This document shows positions 48,850-54,332 of a stretch of 54,332 bases of DNA, one piece after another. A program made the translations under genes and the position numbers. A model generated the notes under the pieces. That model saw nothing but the letters and a program-made list of their open reading frames with translations, was not told the DNA's origin and searched no databases. How positions within the stretch are numbered: the first letter of the stretch is position 1; each line of letters begins with the position of its first letter. Source of the DNA: Lophium mytilinum (lineage: Eukaryota); assembly GCA_010093605.1 (NCBI GenBank), contig MU004197.1, positions 1,550,707-1,605,038 on the forward strand, written 5' to 3'.

Positions 48850-51800
48850 TATGCCCCCCCTTTTAAAAACTAAGCTTCTATAAGAACTATAGAAAGACTT
48901 ACTATTAAACTTATATATTAGATAGCTAATATAGGCGTAGCTCTATATATAGATAGAGCGTGCTAATAAAATTATGCGGGTAGGCGTTCTTAGTTAAAAT
49001 AATTCTACTATTTAATAACGGCGCAGAATCTTAGGTTATACTAGACTATTATAATAATATAGTAATATTCTAGAGGTTCTACTATATAGATAGAGTCTAG
49101 TCCTTTAGTTTAATAAAGTAAGCGGGCGGTTTAGGCTTTTATAGGCTATAATAATAGAAGTTAAAGACTTTATAGAGGTAGCCTTTAAGATTTCTAGATA
49201 GTTACTAGAACCTATATAGTTATATACTACTAATATAGTAAACTTTATACTATATATTATTATTCTTAACGCGTAAGTTAATAATTTAAGCGACTGTAAA
49301 TTCTTCTATAGGTTTATTATTATCTTTGCGTTAGATTAGCTCTAGCAGTAGTATAGATTCCGGCTAATTCTAGCCTTTAATAGGTTTAGAAGTATCTAGC
49401 TATAGTAGTAATAGGTGGAAAATATTATAGATCTTAGTCTTAGGCGGCAGGTCTAATTAGAAAGTAGTACTGTAATTAATAACTTTATTAATATAGAAAG
49501 GTTCTATAAACTTATTATCTAGTACCTTCTTAGCGCGGTCTAGCTTAATATTCTTAGTATTAAGCTATACTATATTATTAACGCGTATATCTATAGCTGC
49601 ATTATAGTAGTAATTAGCTTAGTAAGCTTATTTCTCTTAAGCCTATATAATATAATTCTATAGATAGACCTTAATATTCTTTAGGCGTTAAGTAATATTA
49701 TTAGCTAGCTTGCGCTTAATCTTCTTATTTTTAGATATCTTCTTATTATTAGTAGTTAGTAGTTTAAGCTTTAAGTAAGGAGTGTAGCTATAATTAGTAA
49801 AGAATAGTAATAGGCCTGTAGTAGCTAATATATAGGTATTTATAATAAGTTCTACTAAAAATAGTAGGTTATACTAGTTATTCTATATATAGTTAATATA
49901 GGCTTATAGGTACTTCTTTATATTAGCGTTAGTAATTTCTATCTAACTATCTATTTCCGGGTAGAAAGCAGTAGATATATTAAGTAATAATTATAACTAA
50001 TAATAGAGGTATTACTAGAACTTAAAAGTAAATTATATACTAAGGTTACTAGTAATAGACGCTAGTAGTCTATAGAGTTAATAAATCTATTAGAAATAGA
50101 CTTTAGTAAGCTTATCTACTTCTAGTAAGGTAATAGTAAGAAAGTAGTATTCCTTAGATAACTAGTTAATTATAATAAGTATATAGCGGTACTTATAGCT
50201 GTAATATTTATAAATAGGTAAGTTAACTATATAGTTTAATGTAATATTACGCTAGCGGTAGAGAGAAATAGATAAGGGATAGAGAAAGCCTTACTTAGTA
50301 AAGTTAGATAGTTTAATATTATAGTAGCGTTAGCACGCGTTAATATACTTTATAATTAATTTTATAAACCTAGGCTAGTAGTAGTTTAGGTAAATATGCT
50401 AGAGATAGTCTATATAGCCCCCGTAGCCTACACTAGTATAATTATAGCCTAGTTATATAATTCTAAGCTAGAGTATAGCTAATTATAGTATAAATAGTTA
50501 TTAAGAGTTCTTATAGAGGACCTATAGCTTATTATTACTAACTTCTAACTTACTTATAGATAGCTAGACGCGCTTATTCTTAAGGATATTACGGGGTAGC
50601 TTATAATTACCGTGTTACTTTAGCGCTATAACTTAGTAGACTAGATAGTTATCTAACTAGTTATCTAGATTACTACTACCTTTCTAGAATACTACTTTAT
50701 TAGTATTATACACCTTCTTAATAAGCTTATAGAGGGGTTTAGTATAAGTAGCGTCTATAATACCTATAGTATATAGATAAAGATTCTTTAATACCTCTAA
50801 GATAAGATTCTTTATCTTAATTATAGTTTACTATTAAAATAGAAATTATTTATTATTATTAGATTATAGTAGGTCCTAGCTATAACGCATAAGACTATCT
50901 AGTTTAGTTTTAAGGCGGCTAGGTTAGTATATTAGGACGTAGTTAATTTCTAAGAGAATCTAAAGCTATTATATTTATTACTAGTTAAGCTATTATATAG
51001 TTATAAAATATAGTAGATTTTAGTAATCTATTAATACTTAAATAGGGTTCTAGTATCTATTACCCTAGTACTATAGTTTCTACTCCTTAAAAGTAAGAAT
51101 AATAGTAAGTAACTCTTTATTATAGATTTTATAGTTATATTCCGCCGGTATTATCTTATAAGAGTAGAAAGTAACTAGGTGCTATATTCTATTATTATAG
51201 AGCTGTAAGAATACGCCTATAGTAATATAATTTAATACGTCTATTTTAATACATAATTTCTAGTTAGAATTAAAGTACTTAAGGCAGGGTGTAGTAGTAA
51301 ATGCTGTCTTAAAGTTATTAAAGGCTTTCTAATAGCTTAATATCTATTTAAAATAGATATATCTATCTAGTTTTTTTCTAGAGAGATTAGTAAGTAGCTT
51401 ATATAGTTATAAGAAACCTTATATAAAGCGTCTATAGAAGTTAGCTAGGCCTAAAAAGGTCTAGATATTTTTAAGGTAGATAGAAGTAGCCTATTCTATA
51501 ATAGCTTTAACTTTCTCTAGGTCTATCTTAATACTATTAGTAGTAATAATAAGTCTAAGGTATTTAATACACTTAATAAGGAATTTATATTTATTAATAT
51601 TAAGATATAGGCCGGCCTTATATAGCTAATTTAGAACTTTCTATATATATGTAACGTGCTCTTCTTCTATACTATCTATAAATACTAATATATTATCTAT
51701 ATATACTAAGTAGAAGTTATCTAGATACTTATAGAAGATATTATTAATAAATATCTAGAAGGTGCTAGGGCCGTTATATATACTAAATTCTAAGACTTTA

Positions 51801-54332
51801 GATTAGAATATTCTATAGCGTGTAATAAAAGCTATTTTCTATTTATTGCCTAGTTTAATATATACGCGATTAAAAGTAGAAATAATATCTAATTTAGTAT
51901 ACTATTTAGCTTTATAGAGACGGTTAAGCGTCTTCTAGATAATTAGAATTAGGTATTAATTCTTTATAGTAATAGTGTTAAGGCTATAGTAGTTAATATA
52001 GAACTAGTAAGTTCTATCTAGTTTCTTAATAAGTAGCACGGGTGCGTATATAGAAGAATTACTATTCTTAATAAACCTATTACTAAGTAGCTTCTAAAGC
52101 TTATTATAGATAATATAGTTCTTTTCCTTTAAGACGGCTTAGGTTTTATATTTAGGTAGTAGAGCGTCTAGCTATAGAAGAATAGTATAGTTATAGTCCC
52201 GGTATAAAGGTAGATTTTCTACTTTCTATTATAACTATAAGTTAATCTAAGGGTAGAAGTATTTATCTAATTACTTCTATAGTTTATTAGATAAATATAT
52301 TCTACGCTCCTTTATAAACTTATTATATTTATTAATAGAAAGGGCGTAGAGCTTAAGTATACTATTATTCTCCGGGACGCTAATAACGTGCCTAATTACG
52401 GGCGTATTAAATAAAGAGTTGTCCAGTTTAGGTATAAACTCTAGTCCGTGGATCTAAATAAGGTTCTTAGGCTTAGCGCGTTAAATATAGTATTCTATTA
52501 AACTAATAGATATTATAAATAAAAACGTAGACTAAAGCTTATTAGGTCTAGCGGTGTATAATAGAGCTCCCTTATAGTAGATCTTAGCTAGTACGCTATT
52601 ATAATAATAATGTAGATTATAGCATTATAATTAGTAGAAGTAGAAGCTCTTTTTAATAAAGTTAATTTCTAGATTATAGGTTTTATACTAATTAGTTCTA
52701 AGAACTATAGGTATATATTCTAGGTCTACTATATAGTAGACTAGTTACTCTATATAGAAGCCTATAGTAATATTAATAATTACTACGTATAAAATAGATT
52801 AAGTAGAATTAGAATTATTAATATATATTAGGTGGCGAGGTAAATTAAGGGGAATATAATGTATTTTATATTTACGCGTAAATAATTAATTAATAAAAGA
52901 GAATATTATACTATTATTAGATAGAGAGTAAGTATAAATAATTTAATTACTATCTAATACTATAGAATAAGAAAGTAAGTACTAACTACCTTTCTTTAGC
53001 TAGAGCTTTATAATATTATACTAAGTACGCGTAATAGCTATAGTAGAAATATAAAGTTCTAGCTAGTTCTTATTATTCTTAATATACTTAAGAACCTTCT
53101 ATAGCTAAAAGAGGGTATTAAATTAGGGTAGAGGTTCTACTACCTTCTTTATTTAGTACTTTTTAGGCGTTTTATATTTAGTGCCTCTATAATAGCTTTT
53201 ATATAGTTTCTAGGCTTTTCTTTATAGTTTTAGAAGGCTATTAGTAGAAATAAAGTTACTATACTTAGAGAAAGTTAGTATAGAATAGGGGGTAGATAAT
53301 AGGGTTAATAATAGGGTATATTCTAGTTTATAATTAATTATAATAGATTCTTAGGCGCGACTATACTTAAGAACTACTTATTTTCCTAGCCGGAAAATGT
53401 AGTATTAGTAGCGCGGAGAGAAAGGCCGGTAGTTATCTAGATAGAGAAGTTCTAAAGAGGATAGTTATTATTAACCGCATAATAACTAATATAGCGGCAG
53501 CAGTTATAAGCGCCTACTATACGTATTCTCTCTTTATTAGCTTTAGTAAGCTTACTAATACTCTAGATATATGCTAGTTTATCTACTAGAGTTATAGCGC
53601 GCAAGTATTATTCTATACTAGCCGCGGCTATAATAGTAGGGGCGCGCGGAGTACTTAATAAAGTTATTAAAGAAGTTATTATAGTTATAGTTATAGTATT
53701 AGTACCTATAGCAGGCGTAGATAAGTAGCTACTATAGCTATAGCTACGGCCATATATTAACTAAGTAGTTATAGTTAATATAGTTACCTAATAGAATTAA
53801 AAGATAAGGGTATTATACTTCTTAGCTTACTAGAAGGCTATATTCTATATATCTATAGTATAGATATATTATATAAAGTTATTAAAATAGTTATATATTA
53901 CTCTATTAATAAGCTTAGATTATAGGTATAGTATAAGATATATTCTAAACTAATAGATAAGCTTAGTAGGCCTCTAATTAAGGTTACTAGTAATGTCTAA
54001 GAAATAGTTATAGAATATAGTAAATAAATTATTACCTATATAAAGGGTTTCTAGCTATATTAGCACTTTAGCCTTAATATTATATTTACTATAGCTATTA
54101 TCTAAAGAATAGAGGGCGTTAATATTATTATAGATAATCTAATTGCAGCGGTATACCTAAATGCGCTTAAAGGGTCTACCTAAAAGAACGCTCTTAATAT
54201 AATTAAGCTTATAGTTATCTATCTTCTTAGAAAAAGTATAGCGGATCTTAGCTAGAACCTTACTACGCTAGATTAGATATATATCTAGATTCTCTCTATT
54301 AAATATAACTAGGTCTAGCTAGTAGTAGTTAC
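48614..54332 (-). mobile_element. Second tandem Gypsy copy A' (same family as A), truncated by the window end within gag
   Basis: 48850-54332 is colinear with 34703-36084 + 43847-47937 and shows the empty B-insertion site at about 50225-50235. RT motif at about 51685-51730. Confidence 0.9.

Larger units (their letters stand above)
30650..54332. other. AT-rich, RIP-mutated transposon block
   Basis: Extreme TpA excess with CpA/TpG depletion and no ORFs of 60 aa or more. Transposon motifs can be recovered by reverting C>T/G>A changes. Confidence 0.95.

Noticed and set aside
30650..54332. Alternative genetic code, organellar insertion or foreign AT-rich DNA
   Set aside because: TAA/TAG codons fall where Trp/Gln codons are expected in transposon proteins, as predicted by RIP C>T/G>A mutation.

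Overview
Genomic DNA from a filamentous ascomycete (Pezizomycotina-type short GT/GC-AG introns with CTRAC branch sites, and RIP-type mutation), in two sharply separated compartments. (1) About 1-30.4 kb is GC-balanced and gene-dense: the last exon of a small Rcf3-like gene, a PH+LRR protein, PET127, a derlin, a decayed Clr5-ankyrin gene, a Cys-rich zinc-ribbon protein, RPA49 (with a U18/snR18 box C/D snoRNA in its last intron), a promethin/LDAF1-like protein, an F-box protein, an ADH / Zn2Cys6 TF / FAD-monooxygenase trio, a GNAT acetyltransferase and a probable zinc-ribbon microprotein. (2) About 30.5-54.3 kb is very AT/TpA-rich, RIP-destroyed transposon DNA: a 620-bp TIR element, a Mutator-like transposon, two tandem Ty3/Gypsy copies sharing one LTR, and a full-length chromodomain Gypsy nested inside the first copy. 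The best candidate for something undescribed is a roughly 130-nt structured element in the unusually long third intron of the derlin gene, possibly an atypical snoRNA-like RNA. All calls come from reading the sequence by eye; no searches were run, and the splice models are predictions.
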